DNA of 64,000 nucleotides from Schizochytrium sp. TIO01 (Eukaryota; Protista; Bigyra: Labyrinthulomycetes): the NCBI GenBank assembly GCA_004764695.1, contig SMSO01000036.1, positions 248,001 to 312,000 of the forward strand. Reading direction: 5' to 3'. The position numbers and the translations under genes were made by a program. The notes beneath the pieces were generated by a model that searched no databases, was not told where the DNA came from, and saw only the letters and a list, made by a program, of their open reading frames with translations. Shown piece by piece: positions 34,101-45,502 of the stretch. The stretch's first letter is position 1; each line of letters opens with the position of its first letter.

Positions 34101-37100
34101 CAGGAATCCAAAACTCTACCATGATTGGACGAGGGGCAAGAAACTATATTAACTACCTAAAGATGAAACACTAAAGGCTTATTCTATGATCCTTATTCAG
34201 AGTTCAGGAGAAGAGGAATGAAGGACACAACGACACTCCTGAAAACGTCGGTTTAGCAGTACACTGGAGCTTCACGGCTTCAATTTATTTACTTCAATAA
34301 TTTGCTTCACTGCACGTGCTGACAATCCAACGAAACATTATCAGAAGAAAACTTGTTGAAGGGCTGAAACTTAGCCGAAAGAAGCGTACGGAAACTAGAA
34401 ATTCCTTCAAAGAAGATACAGGGATCGAGGAAAGGTAGCATTGTCTGTTCCTCACTCTAATTATGTTCGGCATATTTTTTTGTTGCCATTTGGTTTATCA
34501 TGACACTGTAAATAGAGTCCGGACAGCACTAATGCGTACCTCTGAATAGGTCGATAGGTACGTCGTTTTCTTCTGCCCCTTTTTCTTTTCTCTCTTGACT
34601 TTTCTCGTTTTCTTCTGTTATTTTTAGTTTTGTTCCTTCGAAAATATATTGTCTTTTTATATTTTATATTTTATTATTTTATTATTTACAAGCTTTTCTT
34701 TTTTAATGGGCTTTTCTTTTCTTTTAACCTAATCTTCCAAGCTGACCATAAAGAACTCAAGTTCAGCGCTAGGGGTTTCATCATACTTTAAGATAACCTT
34801 CATCTTACAAAGTAGAAGGGTCAGGCCTTTAACCATCAAGGAGCGCAAAATATCATGAGCAATAACATGCAGATGTGGTCATAGATATCAAGATCAAAGA
34901 ATCCCTTCTCATTATCTGCAGGCATTCCTTCGATTTTAAATATATATAGTGCATTATGAAAGATGTCACATTTAAAAAAAATACTAAATTAACACTTGAA
35001 AAAATAAAATATTAAACAAAAACAGAGACTTTAAAATAAAGATTTTGCAGATAATGCTTTCGCACACTATTACATTAGTTTTCATGAACTTGACGGCCTC
35101 CATGAAGGTGTAGCTGTGGGTGGAAAGCAACAGGTACAGATATTGTATCTCTTCGATGACCCACCTTTGTGGAAGGTACACATATATTGTCTGAGTCAAA
35201 CTGGTTTTGAGAGGGTGTATCATACACCTCTTCCGCGACGCTCCGTTTTTTCAAACCTGGCCTCGTAAGTCGTGGTCAAGCTCAATGGAAGCAACACGAG
35301 ATTTTCTGCCATTAACAACACGTAAAGCACGGGTCTTGCTGCCTGAATCGTAGTTTTAGCATCTCCTAGGAAACATCCTCGAAACCGAACATCCCAGAAT
35401 GCTAAGTTTGGCAGCGCCAGAAGGGTAGTACCCACCTATCTGCCAAGACTGAAACATTAGCGTTGGCCGGATTGCTTTCAGGTCTGAGTTGCTTTATTTC
35501 CTCGTCTTCATCAAGCTGTCTGAATCGACAGCAGTGAAGGAATACCCTTACCCACCAACATTTTTTGCGACACTCGCTTTCATTGCTTAGTTTCAGATGG
35601 CTTTACCCAAATCACAGCGCATATCAGGGAATATAGGCGAACATGAAGATCTTGACGTAAAACAAACTTTAAAATTCCCATTTTAAGAACTCACGACCAT
35701 CATGCGAATGCATGCATCTGGAAAATGAACAAATAAAAGATTATGCGATGTCCACAAATGCTAAAAGCTGGAGAACGTGCAAATTTTCAAATTAATTGTG
35801 GCGCATGTTACTAGTTTGTTTTTGCCAACGAAGTCCTTTGCTTGGAACAAGTGGGACTTACAGACGTACAACTTCTGGAATAGACAATCGACTCACATTT
35901 AAGGATGTGATTTTCCTAATTCAGTAAACGGTATCTTGTGGCTTAAATACGCATACAAAAAGTGACAAAAGCAAAGTGAATGTGCTCTATCTGTTGATTT
36001 AAAGAGTACTATATATTTAGTCGAGCTAGCCGTTAATCAAACGTAGATGTATTTATTCGCAGGCTGGGCATTGAAGACTAAATAAAAAAAATATTAGAAA
36101 TTTGAGTTGCGATGATGATGATGACAACCTGGTAGAGATCTATGTGATTAAGCTTGTGAATTTTAGAGTCCCAATTGGACAATTGCTCTGGCATTTTAAA
36201 GTAATTTGCTTTTCAAAAGTAGAAAGCCTCTTTTCTTACAGGTTGTATCGCGCGTACATCTTTGATGTATCTATGTACTTGTAACTTAGCTCCGAATTTA
36301 CAAGCACGGGTTGTTGAGCCGAAGTCTATTTGGTGTTTTATCTAAGCTTACAATAGTTGGCCTTCTCGCAATTAAATTGTCTGGCGTAAATAAATTACCC
36401 ATGGTAGCTCCACCTTGTACTTGCGCATTGACCTGCGCAAATCCTAGATATAGATTCTCGATGATGATGATGAGAATTCTCAAGGATCCTATAGAAGTTA
36501 AGGCAGAGATTTTTTTTAATGGCCACTGTATTTACAAACTACGTACGCATAAAATTGAATTTACAAATACATGAGAGTCTGAAAATCATTGAACACGCGC
36601 ATAATTCATTGTGGGCAGTAAAATTTATATGCAGTGCTAGTCATAGAAATGGAGCGACACAAGCACAAACAAAAGCAATACCATTTGCATAAACTGAGCT
36701 GGATCGGATCCAGACTAGCTAAAAGGTGAAGTTGACATGATAGACCCTTTGGATGATGAAGGATTTTTAGCTCGGTAACTATTTGTTCTGGCAGAATACT
36801 TGCAAGATAGACGAATCCGTTTTTGCATTGTAAATCAAATTGTATTTAGGCGTGATTTATCTATATTGAAATGCCTTCGATCCGTATCCAGATATTCAAC
36901 CATGGACTCTCTTTGTTTTTCAAGTTATTACATCCCTCAATTTTATTTCTCCAGCTAATTGTCAGCCGTCAATTGAGCTGTGGTCTATACACTTGAAACC
37001 ATAATAGTTTGCGACGACTTCATCTAATTAAGACGAAATCCTTTGAATATCCATCACAACATGATCGACAGTTCCATTTTGAATACAAGCGGGTTGAAAT

Positions 37101-38618
37101 CAAATTGTAATTTGGATGTTATAGTTAACCTTAATTCAAAATTATCCAACAAATAATAAGATGTAGTCAAAGCGAAAGGCCTGGATAAATTACTATCTAA
37201 GACATTCCCCACTCGATTCTTTTCAGAATTGAAATTCCGTGGCTAATCTAGCATCCATTGCCTGACCTTTTGCACCTTGCAACCTCAAATTCCCAACAAT
37301 AACGTAACTCGCCACGTTGTATCTCATTTTTTTTTTAATATATCAAGTTTCTTCTCCTCGTGATGAAGACATCATTTAGACCATATGCAATACTCAACAT
37401 TGGGCATTCGAAATCGTCATCTGTTTCATTTATCCCCCAATCATTATAGATCGAGCGACAAGTTATAGGTTAGGGAGTACTCTGCCTACTTTTCCATATA
37501 CTTTGTTCAAACAGGCTCCGTCTAGATACGACGGCTTCCGCACGTTGCACATCAGAGCAAGATGCTAACCTTCAGACATCACCAGACCTTAATGACCTCA
37601 ACACGCATCTTCAAAATCAAACTTCAATTAGAGGTGGCAGTATCTGCCTCTTGAGTAAGAAATGAAACGAGAAGGAGGAGAGTGGTTGCTCTGTATACCC
37701 TAAGACTACCGAATTAGGACTGCGACTAGGTCCCAAAGAGGTGTACTTTAAAAGTTATTGTTTTTTTTTTTCTCTTAAAAAGAATAAGAGACCGCAAAAC
37801 AATTTTTCCATAGACCATCCAAACTGCTAGAGAGGCTTGCAGCGCCACCAATGTTGATGCAAACGATTGCATTTGCAAGCTATCAACTTCTGGACGCGCT
37901 AAGCCCTCACATTTCGCCTTTCCACAGCCTATAAACCTCGGCTGCGTGTTCTTCTCCAATACGCGCAGACTGTGTTGTTGTTTGATTATTCTAAAAGTGA
38001 GGACAAACTTGAATGTCGTGCAATCAGCTCAGTACACCCATAACCCCTCCCGTGTGCAAATGCGGGTGTGCCTTGACCTGAGCCTCTTCACTATGCGCAA
38101 CATTTAGCTAAACAGGTACCTACCTGATTGAGTTGCTTTTATTTCAGGAAACTATTTCTTCGTGTCATGCTCAGAACTACGACTCTTGTCGCGGGTTTGC
38201 CCAAGAAAAACTGCCGCAAACCTATCAAACTCGCCTGCCTCTGGACTCCTTGTGGCAGCCATTTCATGAGCTATTTCGGAAACATAAATGTGTGAGCCCG
38301 TGCGCAACGGATTTGGCAATTACACAGACTGCCATTGGCAAGTTTATAGCCCAATTCCCAACCCTCTTCCCAATTGAGCACCGAAAGACCGGAGGCCTGG
38401 ACGGTGCAGTGCGTACCCAAGGCATTCTGCACAAGCAAGCGTTTTTTAGGATAAGCTAGTGAGCACTGCACGAGCACCCTAAAACCTTGTGCACAGGTTT
38501 CGAGGTCGCCATGCGAAGCACGAAAAGGTCAGCATCGCTGCACGTGCTCTTCTTTGAAGCCTTCAAGCCTGCACCACTCGCTTTGGGGCCACAACTCTGA
38601 CACGACTTGCTGGCCACG

Positions 38619-38757
38619 ATGGATGGATGGATGGATGGATGGATGACTCAATCAATCAATCAACCAATCAATTAACCAATCTGTCAATCAATGATTCAAT
38701 GATTCAATGATTCAACGATTCAATGATTCAATGATTAATGATTCAATGATTCAATGC
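38619..38757. repeat. Composite microsatellite (GATG)n-(TCAA)n-(ATGATTCA)n
   Basis: Read directly; a (CAG)n run follows at ~38948-38974. Confidence 0.85.
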
Positions 38758-39696
38758 TTGGTTGAATCAACAGCCAGCGAAGCAAGCCGGGAGTCCGCAA
38801 GTGCCGACAGTCCTCTCATTATCTATCCCACTGCAACTTCTTCCTCTAAAGGATGACCCTGGCTCAGCATTGATTGCTTGATTGGTCGATTTGCAACATC
38901 ATTGATTTGTTTGGTTCATTGACATTTGTTGACGGCGCCACAGCTGAGCAGCAGCAGCAGCAGCAGCAGCAGCATTGGCTAGGCAACTAACGAGATGCCT
39001 ACGCTGCGAAATAAACAAACGTTATCGCCTGCACAGAAGGACAGGAGGCAACCAAGCGTACCCCAGGAAGAGTCAAGTGTCAACGAATGATTTAGCTATC
39101 AAAACAGGAGAACCTTTTTCGTTTACAAATGAAAGTTTGCACATATGTATATATATATCTATATACACATTCGTATATTTTTATTTTTATTTACTTTTTG
39201 TTTTGTTGGTTTCATAACTAACTAACTTGAGGGATAGGAAAGTGAGAAAAGGGGAAAAGAGGCAGAAGAGAATAACTTTTAAAATTGCAAATGCCAGAGA
39301 ACGACACTGTTCCTGCTTCAGACACGCTCTACCTAAACACTCTAAAACGCAGCGGTGCACAGTAAAAACCGCGCCCAAGTGCCGCGTGCTGCGCCCAAGA
39401 CCCCCTCCTGCTTCGCTCGCAAACGAAGAGCCTCAGAGCCGCCGCCGCTATCATCTTGGCGCAGCGGGAGCGGTTCAGACAAGGGCTGGCGAAGTCTTTT
39501 TTGTTTTGTTTATTTTTGAAAGACTGGCAGTTCCTTGATTGGCTTCAGACATTGTTTGTTTGTTTGACTCATCTTGCTTGCTTGAAGAGGAGCTGCTGCC
39601 GATCGCTCAGCCAAAGAAAACAAACGCAAGCAGACACGCCAGGGTGCACAAACACCGTTGCAATAGCAGCTGGCAGCAGAAGATCGAGTTGCCCAG

Positions 39697-42600
39697 ATGG
39701 CATTTGCTGCCAAGCCATCTGTTTCGCACGCCGTGGTGAACATTAGTAGTGTCCCAGGCTCTGCTAATTATGGGAGCGATGAAGACCTCGCTTCCGGGCA
39801 ATACCTTCGTCGATATCATAAGCAAAATCGCTGGCTCCGAGTAGGCTTGGTGGTGTCTAGTATCACTGCTGCTGCCTTGGCAGCTGCTCTAGCATATATT
39901 TTATCAACCCAATCGCAATGTGGAAATGTGAGTAGCAACAGCGCCACTCTCATATCGTCCGGGGAGTTAATGATTACAAATGTAAATGTGACAAGCAATA
40001 GCACGATCGACACAACGTCTGCGAACATAACAGCTGCCATGAATTGCTCCGTTGAGGTTGTTGAGGAAGACTACGTCGGGGCGCACTTGGTGCAGGACTG
40101 GGACGAGATAGATACCATCTTCCCAATCACAGGGCTGCCAGCAAAAAGTCTCGAGGCAACCTTTTCTGCACGCTATGAGAATGAAACCTATGCTTTTAAG
40201 TTCGAAACGACAGGCTATGAAAGGTATGCGAACCTGCCAATCATTCTTTGGATTGACATCGATCAGAATATCGACACAACCCTCGGTGGTACAAGCTGGA
40301 CAAATGCCTCTATTGAGGTGCCAGTTGGTGCAGACCTTGCAGTCGTGATTGAACACGAATTTGCAGCTGCCTACAATGAACTCTCTGGTGCTGACGCTGC
40401 TCTTCGTGTGACGCTGAATCAATCAGTAGCATCTGGGCTTCTACCCGACTCAGGTCTTGACATGATCGTTGGAAACAACTCTTTTACAACGGCTAGCTTC
40501 AGCATTACTCGCAGTGCTCTCGCCTCACTAGCGAACATATCGCAGCCGTCATCACTTGGTGACTTGCTAGTTAAGTTCCAAGATGATAGCAACAAAATTC
40601 AAGAAGGTCTTGTGCATTGGCAGGTTGTCCCCGCTGATGAGTTTCAACGTAACCCACCTTCTTGTACAGAGCGCGCAGAGGGTCTGTTTCGCGGTGCAAT
40701 TGCCTTTAGCTCTCTTGCCCGTGAACATTTTTATGACTCGACTTCATACACCATGCTTTTTATGGCCATGCAACATCAATTTATGCAAGCAGGCATCCCG
40801 TTAGACCTTATTCATGATTATGATCTTGTGCAGGAAGAGTGGATGTGCCAATTCAATGTGATCGTTATCCCATATATGCAATATGTTCTTGACGAACACT
40901 ACATTTCTCTGCGTAAAGCCTTGAAGCGTCTTGTCCATCGGTACGGCGTATCACTCATCATTTGTAATGATTTTATGACATCGAATGCCAATAACTCCGC
41001 CACTTCACCTCGTGATGGAACAACTGAGGCTCTGCTAGAACTCTCAGGCATAGGATACTATGATTTCGCTCTCGCAAACCGGAGTATTATATATGCAAAT
41101 ACAAGTAGCCCTGGCATGTTCCAAGACCTAGCCCAAGGCCAGGTACTTGCTGATAGCGATGTCGATGAGGGAATGACTCCTTATGTGAACAAATACAAGC
41201 AATTAGATGGGTGGACAGGTTTTGAAGTAATACCCTTTGCATATTCCACCGTAGTTGATACGGACGGTGTAACTTCATCTTTTGAGCCAATTTTATGCTC
41301 GCAGCTTAAAGACCAGCCTAATGCAGGCCGTCTGATCCATTTCAACTCAATGGATCTCATGGGCGATTATGATTTGATTTGGCGGGCTATTCGATGGGCC
41401 TTGCGTCTCGGCGACCGAATTGGTGTTGATGCACCCCACGTCTACCTTCAACATACACGAAAAAACTCGACTTTTGCAATTCGGTGGGATTGTGATCTAA
41501 CCTCGTACCTTCTGGTGGCGGCAGATGTCTATCCATACATGTATGAGCATTATATTCTTCCATGGCGCTCTAGCCTTGACCTCGTTAGCTCTTACTATAT
41601 TAACCTTGGTAATGATCCTGGCAACAACAGAGGAACCAATTGGACCCGCTCGAAGGAATGGTATCAATCATGGTTAGATTTGGACAATGAACTCGGAAGT
41701 CACTCCTACACCCATCCACTATATGTAGACTATCTCTCTGCCGAGCAGTTTGACTTTGAATTTGGAGTTTCGAACAAACTGATTTCAGGTAACATGTCCT
41801 TATCACGCATTGGTGCAGCCCAGCCCGGCAACCCGCTTAATTACACTTCTGATATGACAATGCAAAAATACTACAATCAAACGTACTTCTCTACATCTGT
41901 GAGTAAGACAAATGCTGGCTTTGAAGGTGCCTTTGGGTACATGGACCCAGACACCAACATGATATTGCTAGCACCCAACTTCTCCTTTGACTTTACCCTC
42001 ATTGAATTCAAGCACTACACGCCTACAGAGGCAGAAGCAGCATGGCTGAAAGAATATGAGGTTGCAACAAAATTCTCAAATCGGCCTATTTTACACGCTG
42101 GCGTTCATCCATATGGCCTTCTTAGTTACACCTACGTTGCATCGCTAGGAAAGATGGTGCGCGATTCTGGTGTGTATACCTCGAGTATGTTTACAAGTCT
42201 TTTCGAGCATGCATACAATAGAGATACTGAGTTCGTGACTCTCATGGAACTCCACGATCGCATTCGTACGTTTCACTCAACTTGGTTTCGCATGGTGCAA
42301 ATTAATACCAACACCGTACAAGCACTAGTGTCTTCAAACAAGCCAGACACTTCCTCCTACGGGACCTTTGCGCTAACTGTTGCTGAAACGGGCCGCCAAA
42401 TCATTTCGGTTGATGCATGGTACGCTTATGGTACTCGCGACGTTTTTCTGCCTCGTCTAGGAGGAAACTTCGTTATTCATACTGGTACCTTAGATGTTGC
42501 CCAGAGCCCTGTCACCCGCATTTCAAAGATGAGCAGCCGTGTTGAACTTGTCCTGCTTCAAGGAGATGGTTATTTTTTAAATGCCACATTGACAGGCCCT

Positions 42601-42729
42601 GGCACGGTACAAGTGAACCTCGCAACAAGCCCATCTTACTACTCCTTTATAGGAAATGTTACAGAAACAGGCTCTGATTACATTATTTTTTCTCTCAAGC
42701 AAGGCGAGCAGACTATTCTCGTACAATAA
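39697..42729 (+). CDS. Type II membrane-anchored polysaccharide deacetylase-like protein (NodB/CE4 superfamily), copy B, paralogue of 23452-26292
   Basis: 1010 aa. Basic cytosolic RRYHKQNRWLR precedes TM VGLVVSSITAAALAAALAYIL; many N-glycosylation sequons. Motifs FAIRWDCDLT, YYINLGND, ELGSHSYTHP, GAAQPG, LAPNFSFDFTLIEF, GVHPYG, EFVTLMELHDRIRTF and FLPRLGG are colinear with copy A. Confidence 0.75.
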   Translation: MAFAAKPSVSHAVVNISSVPGSANYGSDEDLASGQYLRRYHKQNRWLRVGLVVSSITAAALAAALAYILSTQSQCGNVSSNSATLISSGELMITNVNVTSNSTIDTTSANITAAMNCSVEVVEEDYVGAHLVQDWDEIDTIFPITGLPAKSLEATFSARYENETYAFKFETTGYERYANLPIILWIDIDQNIDTTLGGTSWTNASIEVPVGADLAVVIEHEFAAAYNELSGADAALRVTLNQSVASGLLPDSGLDMIVGNNSFTTASFSITRSALASLANISQPSSLGDLLVKFQDDSNKIQEGLVHWQVVPADEFQRNPPSCTERAEGLFRGAIAFSSLAREHFYDSTSYTMLFMAMQHQFMQAGIPLDLIHDYDLVQEEWMCQFNVIVIPYMQYVLDEHYISLRKALKRLVHRYGVSLIICNDFMTSNANNSATSPRDGTTEALLELSGIGYYDFALANRSIIYANTSSPGMFQDLAQGQVLADSDVDEGMTPYVNKYKQLDGWTGFEVIPFAYSTVVDTDGVTSSFEPILCSQLKDQPNAGRLIHFNSMDLMGDYDLIWRAIRWALRLGDRIGVDAPHVYLQHTRKNSTFAIRWDCDLTSYLLVAADVYPYMYEHYILPWRSSLDLVSSYYINLGNDPGNNRGTNWTRSKEWYQSWLDLDNELGSHSYTHPLYVDYLSAEQFDFEFGVSNKLISGNMSLSRIGAAQPGNPLNYTSDMTMQKYYNQTYFSTSVSKTNAGFEGAFGYMDPDTNMILLAPNFSFDFTLIEFKHYTPTEAEAAWLKEYEVATKFSNRPILHAGVHPYGLLSYTYVASLGKMVRDSGVYTSSMFTSLFEHAYNRDTEFVTLMELHDRIRTFHSTWFRMVQINTNTVQALVSSNKPDTSSYGTFALTVAETGRQIISVDAWYAYGTRDVFLPRLGGNFVIHTGTLDVAQSPVTRISKMSSRVELVLLQGDGYFLNATLTGPGTVQVNLATSPSYYSFIGNVTETGSDYIIFSLKQGEQTILVQ

Positions 42730-43084
42730 ACTCCTTACTTTGTTCTCATTGTCCTTTAGAAAACTAGACTCCCCTCTCAGGAGAGACACAAGCTGTACTA
42801 TTTTACTGTCGCGTACTTATTGATATAATAAGCTATTTTTTTTTGTACACTCAGCCTACCTCATATTATGTAGTTCTGCTTTCTATAGAAATAAAATGTA
42901 CTAGATAAAAACAAGAGCACCACCATGACACGTATTAGTTCGTTTTCCTGAGTTGTCTATTATTCTTCATACATTTCTTCACATCTGCCTCTTGAGAGTT
43001 TAGCTCAACATTAGCTTCGTTAAAATTGAAGATGTAACAAAAATTGAGAGAATATGTTTTCTTATAGTAAAATGTAGGAAACAG

Positions 43085-44173
43085 TTACGCAAACGTGGAA
43101 ATTTCCATTGGAGCCGAGGAAGATGATTTTTTGTTGGTTGCATCTTGCATTTTCTTGCGAGCGAGGAAGAAGGCGCCGACCAAAGCGCCGAGCTGCAATG
43201 TTTCTGACGTACCAGAAGCCAGGTTGAATTCAATTTCGGACATATGTTTAAGAAGGTGCACTCGCATCGAGGGTGGAAATTTTACTGACTTGAGTTCATC
43301 ATGAAGGGAGTGAAGAATGTCTACCAGTGCGAGGCCTTTCGTGACCTGAAGGTTGCGAATAACCTTAAAAGCTTCAGATACTGATTCTTCCATCAGAGCA
43401 TTGCGGCAAGCAGAAATGTCCTCTTCAGTGGGCTTACCGGTGCATCTGTATACAGCGGCTTCGTCCACCTTACGATTGTTTGCAAGTGAACTTGATTGAA
43501 GAATGTTAAGCACTTTACGCATATCACCTTCACCAAGTCTCAGCACTGCATTGAGACCGTCTTCAGTAATTTCAAGCTCCTCTTTGTCAATGATGTCCTT
43601 TACGCGACCCACAACTAGTTCAGTCTTCAGCGGAGCGAACCGGAACCGTGTACAACGAGACTGCAAAGCAGGAATGATCTTGCTTGCGTAGTTACAAATG
43701 ATGCAAAAGCGAGCATTGCTAGCGTATTTCTCAATAACACGGCGCAGAGCCATTTGTGCGTCGCGAGTCATGTTATCTGCCTCATCAAGGATCACGAGTT
43801 TGATGCCGGTTGAAAAAAGCTTGCGCGTTCCGGCAAAGTTTGAGATCTCATTGCGTACAGTATCGATACCGCGAGCATCGGACGCATTCATTTCAAGGAC
43901 CATCGACCTCATGTTGGCGCCATACATCTCCCGCGCGACAGCCAAAATCGTAGATGTTTTACCCGTACCCGGGGGGCCATAGAACAAAAGGTGCGGAAGG
44001 CGGTTTGCGTCCACAAGCTTGCGAATTGTCGACACAATCTCGTCATGGGCTACGAGGTCCTCTAGCTTCTGAGGACGGTATTTTTCAATCCATGGGAGTG
44101 CATCGGCTTCTTCCTGGGCCTTGCTCAGCATTGCTGTGTTCGCCGACGAGGACGAAGACGACGAAGAGCTCAT
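43085..44173 (-). CDS. RFC5: Replication factor C small subunit (human RFC5 / yeast Rfc3 type)
   Basis: LPWIEKYRP, RLPHLLFYGPPGTGKTSTILA (Walker A), LEMNASDARGID, LVILDEAD (Walker B), ALQSRCTRFRF, GDMRK. Confidence 0.93.
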   Translation of the reverse strand: MSSSSSSSSSANTAMLSKAQEEADALPWIEKYRPQKLEDLVAHDEIVSTIRKLVDANRLPHLLFYGPPGTGKTSTILAVAREMYGANMRSMVLEMNASDARGIDTVRNEISNFAGTRKLFSTGIKLVILDEADNMTRDAQMALRRVIEKYASNARFCIICNYASKIIPALQSRCTRFRFAPLKTELVVGRVKDIIDKEELEITEDGLNAVLRLGEGDMRKVLNILQSSSLANNRKVDEAAVYRCTGKPTEEDISACRNALMEESVSEAFKVIRNLQVTKGLALVDILHSLHDELKSVKFPPSMRVHLLKHMSEIEFNLASGTSETLQLGALVGAFFLARKKMQDATNKKSSSSAPMEISTFA

Positions 44174-45469
44174 CTGACCGTGATTGTCAATCTGACTTAT
44201 TTATCCTCAGACGGATCTCTTGGCTAGCCTACCTGCCTGCCTGCCTGCCTGTACTTATGCAAACACTTTGCAACTATGCAAAGTCTTCCACTGCTTGTGT
44301 AAACTGACACCGAACCTCTAGCAGCTTGTAGACCCTTGGCCCACACGCCAACGAGTTTCTTTGTTTGCTTAGCGCGCTTCTCTGCTTGAATACCTCTCGG
44401 CGTGGTGGTTATGTTGAGATTAGATGCGCCAGTCAGGAAATGGGACCAAACAATTGGGTTGTGGTACCAACATAGGTCTTTTTTTTTAATACACTCTCAC
44501 TAAATACTAACACCATGGTGACAAAGTGGGGATACGGCCAATCGCGGCTTGAAACTAATCCGCGCCTCAAAGACGATTCTTAAATCATGCTCTTGTATAG
44601 GTAGCGCCAAAGGATGTCTCTGGCGGCGTGGATATCGCGTTCGACTACGTGTGTATTTGCATTTATGAGGGGGGGGGATTCGGAAGCCTTGATGTTCTGA
44701 GCTTGTCATGGGTAGTACCACATCCATTTGTTGTTTTTGAAGTGTAATCATCTCGGCAAATAACCATCTTACACCACTGGCAGGGGACAGCTCTGCCTTG
44801 TGGATGATCAATTGTCGAAAGCCAACGAACGACACATGTTTGGTTCGACTGGGTCATCAGACTTCTTGCAGAAGGAGAATTACAGGTAGTTAATTTAAGA
44901 AATGTTCCTTTATGAAGACACGTTCTTGTATTCTTTTTTAACTTATTTTATTTAAAATTGAAGAGAGATCAATATTCTTCTAAAATTGAAAAAAAAAGCC
45001 CGACGTGGAAACGAGGGCTTGCTCGAAACTTTGTGGATTGGTTGTGCATGTGAGCTATATATTGTGTGGGTGTCTAACCAAGCATCGAATACGCCTCAAA
45101 GACATAGGAAACTAGCTGATCTATAAAGAGTAATAAACTATTTTTAATTTTTTTAACACGGTGGTAGCGAGACTATAAAGTGTGTTGCCATCCTGAGCTA
45201 GGGTTGTTGCCTCCATTATCGTTGTGTGATCATCGTAAACATTGACTCGAAGGGGTCTGAATGATAACACGCAATGCTGGAGTTTGTGGACAAAGCCAAA
45301 GTCTTTATAAAAGACACACCTACATGTTCATAGAGAATACGCAACAGAACGAAAGTGCGGTCTCAGACTTTGTTGGTAGCAAAATTGTCGCTATTGCTGA
45401 TTAAATCGGGGTGTCGTAATAGACTATCGGAAAGAAATCTCGGTAAGTTTAACTTCTAAAGCTGGGCTC

Positions 45470-45471
<2 letters not shown>

Positions 45472-45501
<30 letters not shown>
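45472..45501. repeat. (GT)15 dinucleotide microsatellite
   Basis: Read directly. Confidence 0.95.
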
Positions 45502-45502
<1 letters not shown>

